Under the pieces are notes generated by a model. It made no database searches, was not told where the DNA came from, and was given only the letters and a program-made list of their open reading frames with translations. Below, piece by piece: positions 40,014 through 52,940 of a stretch of 64,000 nt of DNA. This DNA comes from Epiperipatus broadwayi (lineage: Eukaryota; Animalia; Onychophora), in NCBI GenBank assembly GCA_028023455.1, contig JAQFVV010000004.1:18538001-18602000 (forward strand). Reading direction: 5' to 3'. Position numbers and translations under genes: made by a program. How positions within the stretch are numbered: the first letter of the stretch is position 1; each line of letters begins with the position of its first letter.

Positions 40014-40423
40014 CCTTGGATCTGAGAGCACTGCACCTAGATCTTAGGATCTAATGCAACCCTCCAGCAGCCACCTTTTATCTCTACTTCACTACAAAAC
40101 TATGAGAATGAAATTGAAAACACATTAATATTTTCAATCTAAGATTAATAGATTATACAGTCATATGGGTCTGAACTCAATTCAGCATCCATACATTTTG
40201 GTGACCTTGGCTCTTTAACAACCACAGCCACCATTATCCTATTAGGCAGGATTGGTGTTAAACCACTAAACATCACATGATAACCATCTCATGCTAGCAC
40301 ATAACTGTTAGTTGACAGGCAAAAACTCTCCATATAGTAGTGCCACATTGTGTTAACCAGAGTAATCAATGGATGCCAGAAGGCTTGTGCATAAAATCCC
40401 TACCTAGTACCTACTCATCCAAT

Positions 40424-40467
40424 ATCCCCAGACTAGTTTCTGGCTTGTGGCCTTCATCAGTGAGGAG
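40424..40467 (-). ncRNA. Minimal type I hammerhead ribozyme, copy 3
   Basis: Minus strand: ctcctca-CTGATGA-a-ggc-cacaa-gcc-a-GAAAC-TA-GTC-tggggat. Confidence 0.72.
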
Positions 40468-40518
40468 CCTTGGATCTGATAGCACTGCACCTAGATCTTA
40501 GGATCTGATGCAGCCCTC

Positions 40519-41217
40519 AAAGCCCATCGCATGAGCGAACGAATGGAACCCCTTCGTCGACATTGACGCAATTGACATTCCATTTCAGTTGTTAGACAAT
40601 GCCTTAACTTCATTCAACCACCACAAAGACAGTTTTTCTGGGAGGGTAAAATATTTTTTTTTGGGGGGGGGTTTGAAGGAAGCCCACCGCATTTGCTTCT
40701 GTAGCAGGTAAATCTCAAAACTATAATGCCGAACGGTCGTCTGCCATTGAACTGTTTTGATCTCAAAAAAGTCTCGGAAAGTGCGTGACTTGATCGTGAA
40801 CTTTGCCGAATCATGATTTCCACTCCTCATTTCGTGAATTCTGACCCTGACAATGAAAGTAGGGCCGTTTGACAATTCGTTACAATTTTGATGAATTCTC
40901 ATCAATTACAATACATTTAAGCCACCAAAAGAAAAAAATCCATTCTAATATACTTTTCGGCATTACAACTGCAGAAACCTTCATATCATATGCTGTCCAA
41001 TAGTCAAGAGTAATGTCTATAGAAAGTCTTGCATACTCATCACTAATAATGTTCAACATGCTAGAGATGTTGGGATAAGGGTGCATTTCAACATCTTAGT
41101 ATTTGAACAGTTTACAGGCCGTAAGATCTATGAGCGGCCTTGTAAACAGCATATTTATGTGCTTTAGCGTAGAAACAGCGCCATCGGGCGGAGTGGATCA
41201 ATAGACGATGTATTACC
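40519..41217 (-). mobile_element. Probable 5' part of a Merlin (IS1595-like) DNA transposon
   Basis: The minus strand starts GGTAATAC. Broken frame LPSQKNCLCGG*MKL..CQLRQCRRRGSIRS resembles the Merlin N-terminal zinc finger. Truncated at the hammerhead array. Confidence 0.45.
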
Positions 41218-41368
41218 AAAAAAATCTTAATTATTTCTCTTTGCATATTGTAATCTATGTGAATCACTAATGTTGAAAAAATAGTAAACATTTTTTGTGT
41301 ATTTTTAAGATAATTTTTTGAAAACTTAGTTATAAGAAATCATATTTTCAAAAAAATGATTAAAAATA

Positions 41369-44030
41369 CATCATCAACCATTATCAATCCACTGCAGGAT
41401 GAAGGTCTCTCCAAGTTTAATCCATCTTCTCCGATCTTTAGCTTCTCTTCTCCACAACACCCCTGCACATTTTCTTATTTCATCCATCGATCTCATATGT
41501 GGTCTCTTTCTGGGTCTTGTACAATCTCTTGGAATCCAGTTTAAAATTTCAATTGTCCATCTATTATCATCTCTTCTAGCAATATGTCCAGCCCAACTCC
41601 ATTTCAATCTTTTAATTTTTTCAATAAGGTTAGTAACACCTGTTAAGTGTCTTACCCATACATTGCGTTTTCGATCTCTTCTTGTTACTCCCAACATACA
41701 TCTCTCCATACTCCTTTGAGTGGTCTGAAGTCTCTGTATTGCTCTTCTATTAAGTGTCCAAGTCTCAGATCCATAAGTAAAAACTAGTAAAACACATTTG
41801 TTAAGAACCATCCTTTTCAAACACATAGGCATATTTCCTTTTAGTATCAAGTTATTTCTACCAAAAACACTCCAACCAAGTTTAATTCTATGATTAATTT
41901 CCTCCATTATGTTTCCATCTATATTATGTTTCCATCTATATTAATAATCTGACCAAGGTATTTGTAACTGTTAACTTCTTCTAATTCTTCATAATCAATC
42001 TTTATTTTCATATTTTGAGCAAATCGATTAAACATTACTTTAGTCTTTTTAACATTTATCTTTAGTCCTACTTTTCTACTTTCATCTGCTAACTCCTGCA
42101 ACATTTCCTGCAGCTCTGAAGCATTATTTGCAAAAACAACTACATCATCTGCAAAATCTAAATGACTTAAATACTCTCCATTTACTTTCATTCCTTTAGT
42201 TTCCCATTTTAATCCACAAAATACTTCTTGCAGCACTGCTGTAAAGAGTTTTGGAGATATGGAGTCACCTTGTCTTACACCTTTCTCAATGTTGATTTTT
42301 CCAGTATCATTATGTAATCTAATTATTGCTGTTGCATTTTTATAAATATTCTTTAAAATATGACAATATCCTGGATCTATACCTTGATGATCCAATGCTT
42401 TAATCACTGAAGAAATGTGTATAGAATCGAATGCCTTTTCATAATCTACAAATCCAAAACATAATGACAACTCATATTCGTTTGTCCTTTCTATGACTTC
42501 TCTCAATACCTGGATATGATCTATTGTACTAAAACCACTTTTAAATCCAGCTTGTTCTCTTGGTTGGTGGAAATCCAAAGTTCTCTGTAGACGAGTTGTA
42601 ATTATCTTGGTAAAAATTTTATATAAAACTGATAAAAGGCTGATAGGTCTGTAATTTCTAATATCTTCTTTATCACCTTTTTTAAATATTAATATTATTA
42701 CTGCATTCTTCCAATCTTCTGGTACATCTTTATCATTTAGACATTTGGTATATAACTTTGCTAAAATTGTTTCTATTTCTTCACCTGCTTCTTTTAATAT
42801 ATCAATTATAATTCCATCATTTCCTGGAGCCTTTCCTTTCTTCATACACTTAATTGCATGTCTCACTTCTTCATTTAAAATTCTGGGCAATTCGGAAGAT
42901 GTAATAGATATAGGAGGTACTTGTTCTTTATTACTATATAATTCTTGATAAAAATCTTCTACCAATTTCATGATGTCATCTTTTTAGTAATAATTCCATC
43001 TTTTTTTGTTATTGCAGATATAAATTTCCTACCAATACCAAAATGTTGTTTATCATTTTTGAGACTTTTATTTTCTTCTACAGCTTTCCTTGCTATTTCA
43101 CAGTTATACTTTCTTATATCATTTTCAACTCTTTTCCGTACCGTTTTACAAAATTTGAGATATTCAATTCTTTTTAATACATCATTTTTGTATATCTTCA
43201 TATTCCTTCTTTTCTTCATAAATTCTCTACTCTCAGTAGAAATTTTATTAGTCAATTGCTGCTTTTTTCTACCAGCTATGTTTGTTGCAGTTTTTAAAAG
43301 TGTATCAGTTATTTTCATATTAATTTCATTCAAATCTGAATCATGTTCAAAATCTCCTAACACTTGAAACCTATTTGTAAGTTCTAATTTAAATTCATTA
43401 GAATGTTTCTGAAGATTAGGAATATCAACTGTAAATATTGTTTTTCTTAATAATTTTTGTCTCTCTAGTTTTACATTAACATGTAACTTACACCTTACTA
43501 ATCGATGATCACTTCCTGTGTTAAATTTATTAAGAACATTACAATTTTGAAATATGTATTTTCTGTTAGTCAAAATATAATCCAATTCTGCTGTACCTTC
43601 ATTTGGATGCTTCCATGTCCATTTCCTTTTAACATTTTTCTCAAAAAATGAATTCATAATATAAAGTTTTTCTTTTTCTGCAAACTCCACAAGTCTGTGT
43701 CCTCTCTCATTTCTATTACCATAACCAAAATTACCTACAGCAATTTCATCTTTCATTTGTCTACCAATTCTAGCATTAAAGTCTCCCATAACAATTTTAA
43801 AATGTTGTTTACTCTGATCAAAAGTCTTTTGTACATCCATATAAAAATCTTCTACTACTTCATCACTATAAACCTGAATTATCTGCATTTGGTATCTGCT
43901 ATTAAGTTGTATAACTAATTTTGCCACTCTGTCCGATACACCATCAATCTCCACAATATTGTTCTTCCACTTTTTATTTATAATGAATCCTACTCCACTT
44001 GTATTACCAATATGTGTGCCTTTATAATAA
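41369..44030 (-). mobile_element. RTE-clade LINE, 5'-truncated, APE endonuclease + RT, two frameshifts
   Basis: ORFs 43954-42968 (GDFNARIG, LDYIL, SDHRLV), 42971-41919 (KAPGNDG, NYRPISLL, DYEKAFDS, GVRQGDSISPKLF, FADD) and 41907-41374 (KWSWAGH..RWT). Short gat-repeat tail at the 3' end. Confidence 0.97.
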
Positions 44031-44033
44031 AGT

Positions 44034-44110
44034 AAAAAATAGTATATAGTTTAAAAATAGTATATAGTAAAAAATAGTATATAGTTTAAAAATAGTATAT
44101 AGTTTAAAAT
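44034..44110. repeat. 18-bp minisatellite aaaaatagtatatagttt, about 4 copies
   Basis: Direct reading; lies between the RTE 5' end and the PIGT acceptor at 44187. Confidence 0.9.
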
Positions 44111-44187
44111 TATTAATAAAAAGTCATTTTTAAAACAATTTTGATCAAATATGTATTTATTTTTAAAATGTACTTTATATATATTAG

Positions 44188-44343
44188 GTTATGGCCAAGA
44201 ACGTGGTGGTATTATGTGTACTTTTCACAATACTCATAAATTGAAAGCTTTAACTATATCTTATTTAGAATTAATTCCTTGGTTTATCCGAATTTATTTT
44301 CATACCCTTAAAATTGAAAACAATGGAAAATTAATTCAACCAA
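44188..44343 (+). CDS. PIGT: PIGT exon: GYGQERGGIMCTFHNTH...LELIPWFIRIYFHTLKIENNGKLIQP
   Basis: attag acceptor, gtaagt donor; 156 nt. GYG and VPWYLRLYVHTL-like motifs. Confidence 0.93.
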
Positions 44344-47300
44344 GTAAGTAAATTTTTTATTGTTGCTTTAATATTTGATTTATAAATTTTATGTACTATT
44401 CACATTAATAGATCAAGCAACTTAGAATGATCAAAGATAGAGTTATATACTTAGTAACATAATGGATTTTGTCAATTAAGTAGAGGATGTACAAATCACA
44501 GTTTCATGCCTACATTAGCTAATGTTGTCAAAGAAGTTACTACCATAGTATATCTTTTAAAGTTTTGTAATAATGTAGAATATTCTAAAAAGACAGTTGT
44601 CGATGTATAAGCTGTGCTGATCCACCCATTATATATTAATTTGTATATTTTCATAATCTGAACACCTCGGAGTGAATAAAATGATGACATATGAAGAAGG
44701 TGGAATAAGAAGCAGTGGATTTTTATCTCGCTTATCCAATTCTTTATTATAAACTTAACATGGGTTTCTTGTTGATTAAGTGCTTGATTGTTGAATAAGC
44801 ATGTTGAAAATATAATTAAAGAAATTAACAATCAAATTTTAAATAGCTGCCGCTAGGTAATGGTTCAAATTTGAGTTGAAGTAGACTAAACTCTAAAACC
44901 ATCTTAATATCTCGTATTCATTAATTAATAAATATATGTTTGCTCGACACTTCATAATCACAATAAAATGACAAATAAAAACTAAAATACTCTTATTATT
45001 TAGGTGATTCTTCCTAGTCACCAACTTCAAACTCATAATCCATCACTTGTTGCATAAGCCTTGCTAAGCTATTCACATAAGCATTGACTCGCATATATAG
45101 GTCCCTACTTATTTATTATGAATAAAGAAAATTTTCCACTGTAAAATGTTAAATCTTCACTCACAGTTAGTTATTCTAAATTTATGAATTGACTTAAATT
45201 TCACCTTTGGCTCTAAATTGTCTGAACAAAGTTCGATATTTAATCATTAATCAAGAAAATCAAATATTACTGCTAAAACATCACATACTACTGTATGAAG
45301 AGTTTGCTACTGTTTTCATATCAATTATTCTAATAATTTATTTACGATTTATATTGTAATTAACATACTAAATACATTGTATGTTTTTATGAGATATTAA
45401 GAATGACAGCTAGATATAATATAATGATATATGTTATGTGGATTTTTCATATATATATAATAACAATACATCTTTATTATTCCAAATGATGGAATCTTTA
45501 TTGAGTTGATTTCAAGAAAAAAACTTCTTTTAGTATATTAATTGGTTATGTAACAATATTTAAAGTATTCAAAGATTTATGAGAGTATACTATTCTGGAT
45601 TTCTATATTTTTTTAGGTGATACAAAATAGCAAATGTTAGCATATGACTAATCTTATTCTTAATAATATTTTTGTTTAATGGGAAATCAGATATAAAACC
45701 TCTCCTTAGGTTTGCATGATGAGATTTTAAATAAATTTACAGTGGGTGATCTACATTCTCCTAGAGTGGGGGTAATCTAAAATGAAAAATATGATGAAGT
45801 GTCATTATTAAAATAAAGTTGTTGGAAGTCCAATGATAACAGTGTCCTTATTGCTGCTCATCATATGATAATCTCACCTTGTCTAATCTAATCATGAAAA
45901 GATATATTATATATAGCATATTTCTAAAATTATCATAATATTCAATCATTACTCTTTGGATTGACAAACCATATTCTTGAAATAATAACCCTGCTTTAAT
46001 ATTTTTCTAAAACCTTCCTGTCTTCATTATTATATGGATGTATAACATATATTTTTAAATATCACTTCACAAAGGTTGATAATTTTAGGTCATTCCAATC
46101 ATTTGTAGAGCATAAGGTACTATCAGTATTACCACTTATCCACTCAAATATTTAAATGTTTTGAGGTAGTAGAAATAACAATTTCAAATTATGTTTCAAT
46201 TAAACTAATAAATTAAAAATAATATGTACATCTATTGTCAGTAATATTGTAAAAACATCTGCAATCAACTTCCCATTTGTAGTAATTTTATTTAGAATTC
46301 AATATTATAAATTTAAATATCCCCTGTCCACCCCCATCCCCAAGCAATAATTAATTTACTGCTGTGAAATATATTTGTATTGACATCTATAATAAAATTA
46401 TAGAATCACAAAGTTACAAATTTTGATCTAAGAAATTTATAAAATAATATATAATGAATTGAGTTCATGAAATATTTACAATTTATTTTCTAGAATATAA
46501 TAGCTATAGTTTAGTTTTACCTCCTGTCATCATTTCTTATGCCAATGACTATCTCATCAAGAAATAGATTAAACATTATTTTTAAAGCAGACAAATTAAT
46601 TTTAAAACATTCATCTTTCAATTCAATCTTGTACTATATACTTGCCATAAAGTAAATCCCTGATCTTTAATTCACCCTGGATATAATTCTACCTATGGAC
46701 CCTCACAAAAACAATACATTTATTCATAACATTAGCTTAATAGTGCAGTTATACATGTATATCTAGCAAGGTATAGTTAACACTAATATACCTTTCTTAC
46801 AACAATAATTTTAGGGAGTGCCCATTTTAGGTCTGAATCCTGATTTAATAATAAGTTACTTACAAAGATGACTTTTTAATCTGATCCCTAATTTTAACTG
46901 AGGTAGTCCTTTAGATCTGATGCCAAATTTACTGAACAAACTCTGAATCAATTAAACATATAGGTATGGTATACTTTAATCATTCACTAGTGATTTAACA
47001 ACCACATTTTAATTTGAATTTTATAGCATTTTCTTGGGTTTTTTTTTTTAATTTGTATTTTCGATGGATTTGTTGGATTTATTTTGCCTCTGGCATCGCC
47101 TTAGGCATTTTAATTTTACAGACTCCTGCACTTTTTTTCCATGTTTTGTCTTACACGTTTTAGTTTTAATTTTTTGCCGATTTCAGCCATTTTTGCGTAG
47201 AAATTTATCGCTTGCAGGTTTCTTGGTGGTTCTGCAGTGTCACCTGGCGGCCACAGTACATGTAACCCAACACTACCCCATGGATATACTATAAGTTCTA

Positions 47301-50300
47301 CAAACAAAATCTAACAGTAATCAAAAGGGGGCAATTTATATTCAAATGAACTCGATCGAATTTAAAAATAAATCTTTAATAACTTAAAATACTAATAATT
47401 ACTTTACATTCATCTTTTTTTTTCCTTTTTTAACACTTAGATACTTTACAAGCATGCACATTTATGTTTAAAATAAGTATTACACCTTTGATTATTTATC
47501 TAATTGTCAATTTCCATATGAAAAGACAATTTTTTTTTGATTAAGATAAACTTTTAACTAACATGCTAATTTTTTTTTTTTTTTACAAAACATTTGCGTG
47601 TTATATAAATACTGTATACATAATAACAGAGTTTTCTAGAATTAAATATACACTAAGAAGTCATAAAAATAAACTTAAAATGGATAATATATTAGTATAA
47701 TAATCTAAACAATTGTTTTTTTAATTTACCCACCAAAAGTTTTGAAGGTGGAAATCTACAGTTTGTTGAGGATTTTTCTTTTTCTGGCTAATATTTGTCC
47801 CACAATGGCATGTGTTAATTTATTCCATTTATAAGTTATCATAATATCCCTTAGCAATCTCCTGTCTTTGAAATTTGAGGTTTAGATCTTGTTTGTGCAT
47901 TTTGATTAGAGATTCCTTCAAAAATAGCTTGATCCAGATCATATTTCAGCAGTTAGCAGTTGTTTCTCTTTCTACTCGGTCATCCTAATGAGAGTTCAAT
48001 GTACCTTTATTAACCTTTCAGTGGGGTTCGACGCAGCAATGCGTCAAAGGCTTTGGATCGCTCTAAATCGGTTATTTTTCGAGCTATAGTGCCTTATTTA
48101 TACATGTTGGAAACTTTAGAAAAAGTTCTGTAAGATGCTGCCATCTCTTGTAATATTTTACAAGTAAAAAATCAATATTAGGAGGGTTTTAAGTTGAACA
48201 AAAGAGGAAAGCCAATGCTGATTGGTTGGATAATCTATTCTCAATTCTTATTGGCTGATGATTTCAATAAATATGTTTTCACTGCTGAAAATAAAAATAT
48301 ATGTTTTAGAGTGTTTTTTTTATTATTTTTTGTACATATTATAGGTTATCTGCTGAAAATATAGTTATTTTACAAAAGTAGTAAAGTTTTATTAAAAAAT
48401 TATATACTTTACGCGATTGTAAATTGAAAATTTTACTAAAAAATTCTTTAAAAATTCGTAACGGTAAATCTGGGAGGGATATAAATGACGTTTACTTTGC
48501 TTGTAATTTGTTCGTAATGTTTTCTTTGATTTTTCCGCTTTTGAATATTTCTATAAAATACAAATAAAAATATATTTTTGAAATAACTTTCATTTACTTT
48601 CCTAACATTACAAATAATTAATATACTTTTTGAAAACGAAAGTAAAATTAATATATATTAAAAGATGAAAATATTTCAATCAAAGAGTTTGTCAATTGAC
48701 CAATTAAAACTATCAGAGTTTTTCCTCTCTTGGCCAATAATGAAGTACGCTACGGAAAGGTTAAAACAAGAATCCAGACTGATTAATTTCAAAATATAAA
48801 CACCTTTGATAATCTTTTCTTTTTAAATCTTTATGACTTCATTTTATTTTAATTACAAGAATTTTAAAAATACCTCCATTATTTAATTGATTGAACTTTC
48901 GAAACACAGTAATTATCATTTTTTCTTTGTTTTTGAGTCTCGTAACTTATTTTTAATTTAATTATTTAAAAAAAAAATTTTTAAATACTTGTATACTTAA
49001 GTTATTTTTCAATCCATTCCATACATTATTTTAATCTTTGATAATAGCAACAAGTTTATATAATTTATAAGTTTCTCTTAAATTTACACATTTTTAACAA
49101 ACCTATTACATTATTTTAAAATGAGTCATTTAATAATTTTAACATAATGTACCTATTATTATTATTACATTTAGTACTTTATTTTAAAGTATTTGTTCTA
49201 TTTTATATAAGAAACTTTAAAACTTTTGAATGCTATTTTTTAATTGCTATTCCTCACAACACTGAAAACTAGCTTGCACTGATATGAAAAACCACATGGC
49301 TGACAGTGAAATGAATAAGACATAGTTCATTTCAATATTTTATATACAAACTTTTAAAAAAAAAACTAGATAAATGAAATTTATATTGTAAATGGGCAAA
49401 AGTTGAAGAATGGAAGTGTGTTGTACTTAACATAAGAACATTAATGTAATTTAGATATCTAATTTAATATTTTATATTAATATCTTTTTCTATTGAAATT
49501 GATTATATTTTGTGTGTTTAACAAAATATGAAGAAGTAAAAAGATGAAAATTATTTTTTGATCTGTGTGAAACTTGACTTATTGTAGAAAATTCAGCGTC
49601 TTTCATATTTACTGCTTAAGTTTAAAAATTTGACAATATTTAATAATGGATATAATGTCTATGAAGCAATCTAATAAATGTATTTTCCTCAAAATCCATT
49701 GGTCACAGTTCCAATAGTCATTTCCAGTGCTTGAACTTCTTATAAAGTTCGGAGCAATTCACCATTCAATTTTTTTTTTTTTAAGCATTCCATTTAAGTA
49801 TTAACTATATATACAGAAAATTCATTTTCCAAAGGAACTAATATAAATTTCAGAGCACTAAAAATCTTTAATTATTGCCAATCAATTTAATGTAATTAGC
49901 TGGTTGCATTAAAAAAAATATACGATTTGTATCCATGGGCAGAAACATTTCACTTGTTATCAGGTAGTTGCATGTGATATTGTTAATATTGAAGTGGTAA
50001 AATCTTCACTGTCTGGTCACAACAGAAACTTTAAGATAAGGTTCAAACCCATCTCTGTATTCGTTCAGTCATCAGGGCGTGTGATTGTCTCCTATTGTAA
50101 ATTTTTAACAGTTATATTTAAACAATTATATAATATTAATTTAATTATATTTTAATTCGGAAATCTTAAAATTTTCATAGCCATAAAAAAGTCGTGTAAG
50201 TATTACAGATAGATAAAATGAAAAGAATACGTATAATATTTAGTAGCCTTATTAAATTATTAATTCTGTATATTATTTATTTAGTATAATCTGTATTATT

Positions 50301-52319
50301 TATAATGCTGATGCAACACCAGAGAAGTTTCTGGAGGATAATTAACATAACTATAGATTTAACAAAGGAACATACCTGATTTAATTTAGAATGTCATTAC
50401 TAAATTAGTTGGTTGAGCAATCCTCAAATTTAATGGAAATTATATCTTTTGAATCTATTTCTAATACGGAAATAGAATAGAACAATATTCTCCAAAACTT
50501 GTCTTGTTTTCATCTTTTAAATGTAACTTTGAACAAAAGAGTAAATGAAGTCACGCACGGTAATGCATATTCAATTGCCTCAAGCAGCGAACTTTCTAGA
50601 AAGAGCGCTGGCATAAAAATACAGCCAAATTTGAGTTAAAAGAAAAAACTATTTTAAGAGCAGTGTTGCTAACTGAACCCACATCACTAAAATTTTTGAT
50701 GACTTCTGAGTAGAGGGAAGAAATTTATGTTCCCTGTCTTTCCAAGATCATCTCTATACCTCTACGCTACCCTGCCATCCGTACTTGAGAACTGCCTTGA
50801 CAAAACTATGAATTAATTTTTGAATGATGTTAACCATTATTTCACCTGAACTCTGTGTTGCTGACCGTGCTTTCCATGTTTTATTAAATCATAAATATCA
50901 ACCCATACGGCCGTCAAGTCGTCAGCAGGTAACCCCGTCTATACCGCTAAACTGAGCTATTAACCTCATTTCATTTAGCTATAATTTTGTTTTCAATTAT
51001 AATGTAACTCTCTGCATATCTAATAATTGGTGATATAGGGCTAATTCTAATAATTATAGTTAAGCTTATGACTCTCTCTTTATGTAAAACATAAGTGTAC
51101 GATTTTGTGAATCTCTAATCTATAACTATATCTCTTAGGTTTCACGCTCCATTACACTTTATTGTGTCAGTGCAGCAAATTTAATTTTTATTTTATTTAA
51201 ATCATGTATTGCAATTAAATTTGGTTTTAATATGCTAATGACTCAGTCTAGCAAACCTGTATTATTTTACTTTTTGTCACATATTATGGGTTACTTAAAT
51301 CTTTCACTGTAAGTTTTTTTACGAATTGGTTCACTCAATTGAATAATCTTGTTAATAGTTATATGTGTTTCATGGCAGACTATAAAATTGTCATCCACGA
51401 TGCCAATTTCTTCATATTGATGCTATATTTTATATTCTTTAAAATAGATTTAATGACCTCACCTTTCTTTTTCATAATCAATCATTTATTTATCACGCCA
51501 TCAAGCGTTATAATCTGCCTATATAATTATTGTAACCATTAAGCATAGTTGGATTCATTTAATGAAGGGAACAATATTTTTCACCCTTTTGGTTTTGACA
51601 TTCTAATCATTATTCAAGGTCATACACATATCTTTAAGGATGGGTTACTTTCCATCATGTCATTACACTAGATATTATTAATTTAATAGGGCTTTAGTTA
51701 ACATGTCAGTGTCATTAAGGACCTGAACCTTATCTTAGCATTGCTCACGCCTGGTAGCATTATTAAGTTTCGTATTATTGCTTTGTTCTGATTCTTCTTC
51801 TTGTGACTTGTTTCATCATGGGGTTTGGAAGCACCAACTCTAGGATAATGTCAGGTGGTAGAGAGGCTATGCATGGGATAACATCGGAAAAACCTGGAGC
51901 ATAGCATTCTCTACCGGCCACTTCCCCAACAACCGACTTGTCATAAGTGCACGCGGATTTTCGTATTAGTTAATAGATGAAGCCTATCAGTCCAAAGGTG
52001 GAGTCAACATTTCTAATGCTACCATGATAGTCAGCACTGCAATTTATTATGATTATTTTATACTCCCATACTATATCTACAAGTCATGATGCTGTGATCT
52101 TGGTAAACCATTCTAGCTTTATTATTATTAGTATGTATATTTTAAATCCATCCTCACCTTAATGATACTGTGAACCTTAATTAAAAGTGATTTTATAAAT
52201 ATAAGGTTTATTTTGTGTACATCTTCTTAATGGTCCATTAATTTCACGTCTTTTCTATCACAGCGTTAACATTATAAATCTAATATAAATTTGATATCTT
52301 TTCTCAATTAGCATATTAA

Positions 52320-52458
52320 GCTGCACTTTTGTGGTTATCTGTTATACCTTATGTAAATGTTAAATTTCTTTTTGCGCACTCTTTAATTACGCTGCACTTT
52401 TGTGGTTATCTGTTATACCTTATGTAAATGTTAAATTTCTTTTTGCGCACTCTTTAAT
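52320..52458. repeat. Exact 71-bp tandem duplication
   Basis: gctgcacttttgtgg...ctctttaat at 52320 and 52391. Confidence 0.95.
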
Positions 52459-52608
52459 ACCATAGTAATTCATGTTTTTAATGCACAATGGTAAATTTAT
52501 AACTTAGAGTGCGCGAATCATCACTATCAATGACGTGAAACCTACCTTATATTAACTTATTATTGCATGTAAATAGGCCTATTATTTGTCGTTATTAAAC
52601 TTATATAT

Positions 52609-52940
52609 TACTTATATAAAGCTAACGCTTTAGTACATGCGCCTTGAGTGCTTAATTTTAGCAAGAGAGACCTCTACAAATCATAACACGAGATTCGACT
52701 TTATAAAGATTAAGTCCACTATATAGAAATAGTGGACTTAATCAGTGAAAAATTTATTAGCTTCATGCTCCCAAATCAAAATGCTTTAGATTTGCCTATA
52801 TAATTAAGAAAAATAGGTTAGAGATAAAAGGGTCCCTCTTATCTTTATAAAGTTGAATCTCGTGTTATGATTTGTAGAGGTCTCTTGCTAAAATTAAGCA
52901 CTCAAGGCACATGTACTAAAGCTTTAGCTTTATATAAGTA
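52609..52940. repeat. Fold-back copy of the 12840-13896 repeat family (arms 52609-52710 / 52841-52940; central hairpin 52711-52740)
   Basis: Shares caaatcataacac, ttaagtccac and agtgaa..gcttcatgctccca with 12937-13080; arms are complementary. Confidence 0.85.

Larger units (their letters stand above)
39413..40518 (-). repeat. Tandem array of about 2.45 units (445-455 bp), one hammerhead per unit; retrozyme/Penelope pLTR-like
   Basis: acaggcaaaaactctccatatagtagtgcc starts units at about 39413, 39858 and 40313. No ORF of note. Confidence 0.92.

Noticed and set aside
44496-44831. 111-aa minus ORF with a hydrophobic N-terminus
   Set aside because: No recognisable motif or splice context; low-complexity AT-rich codons.
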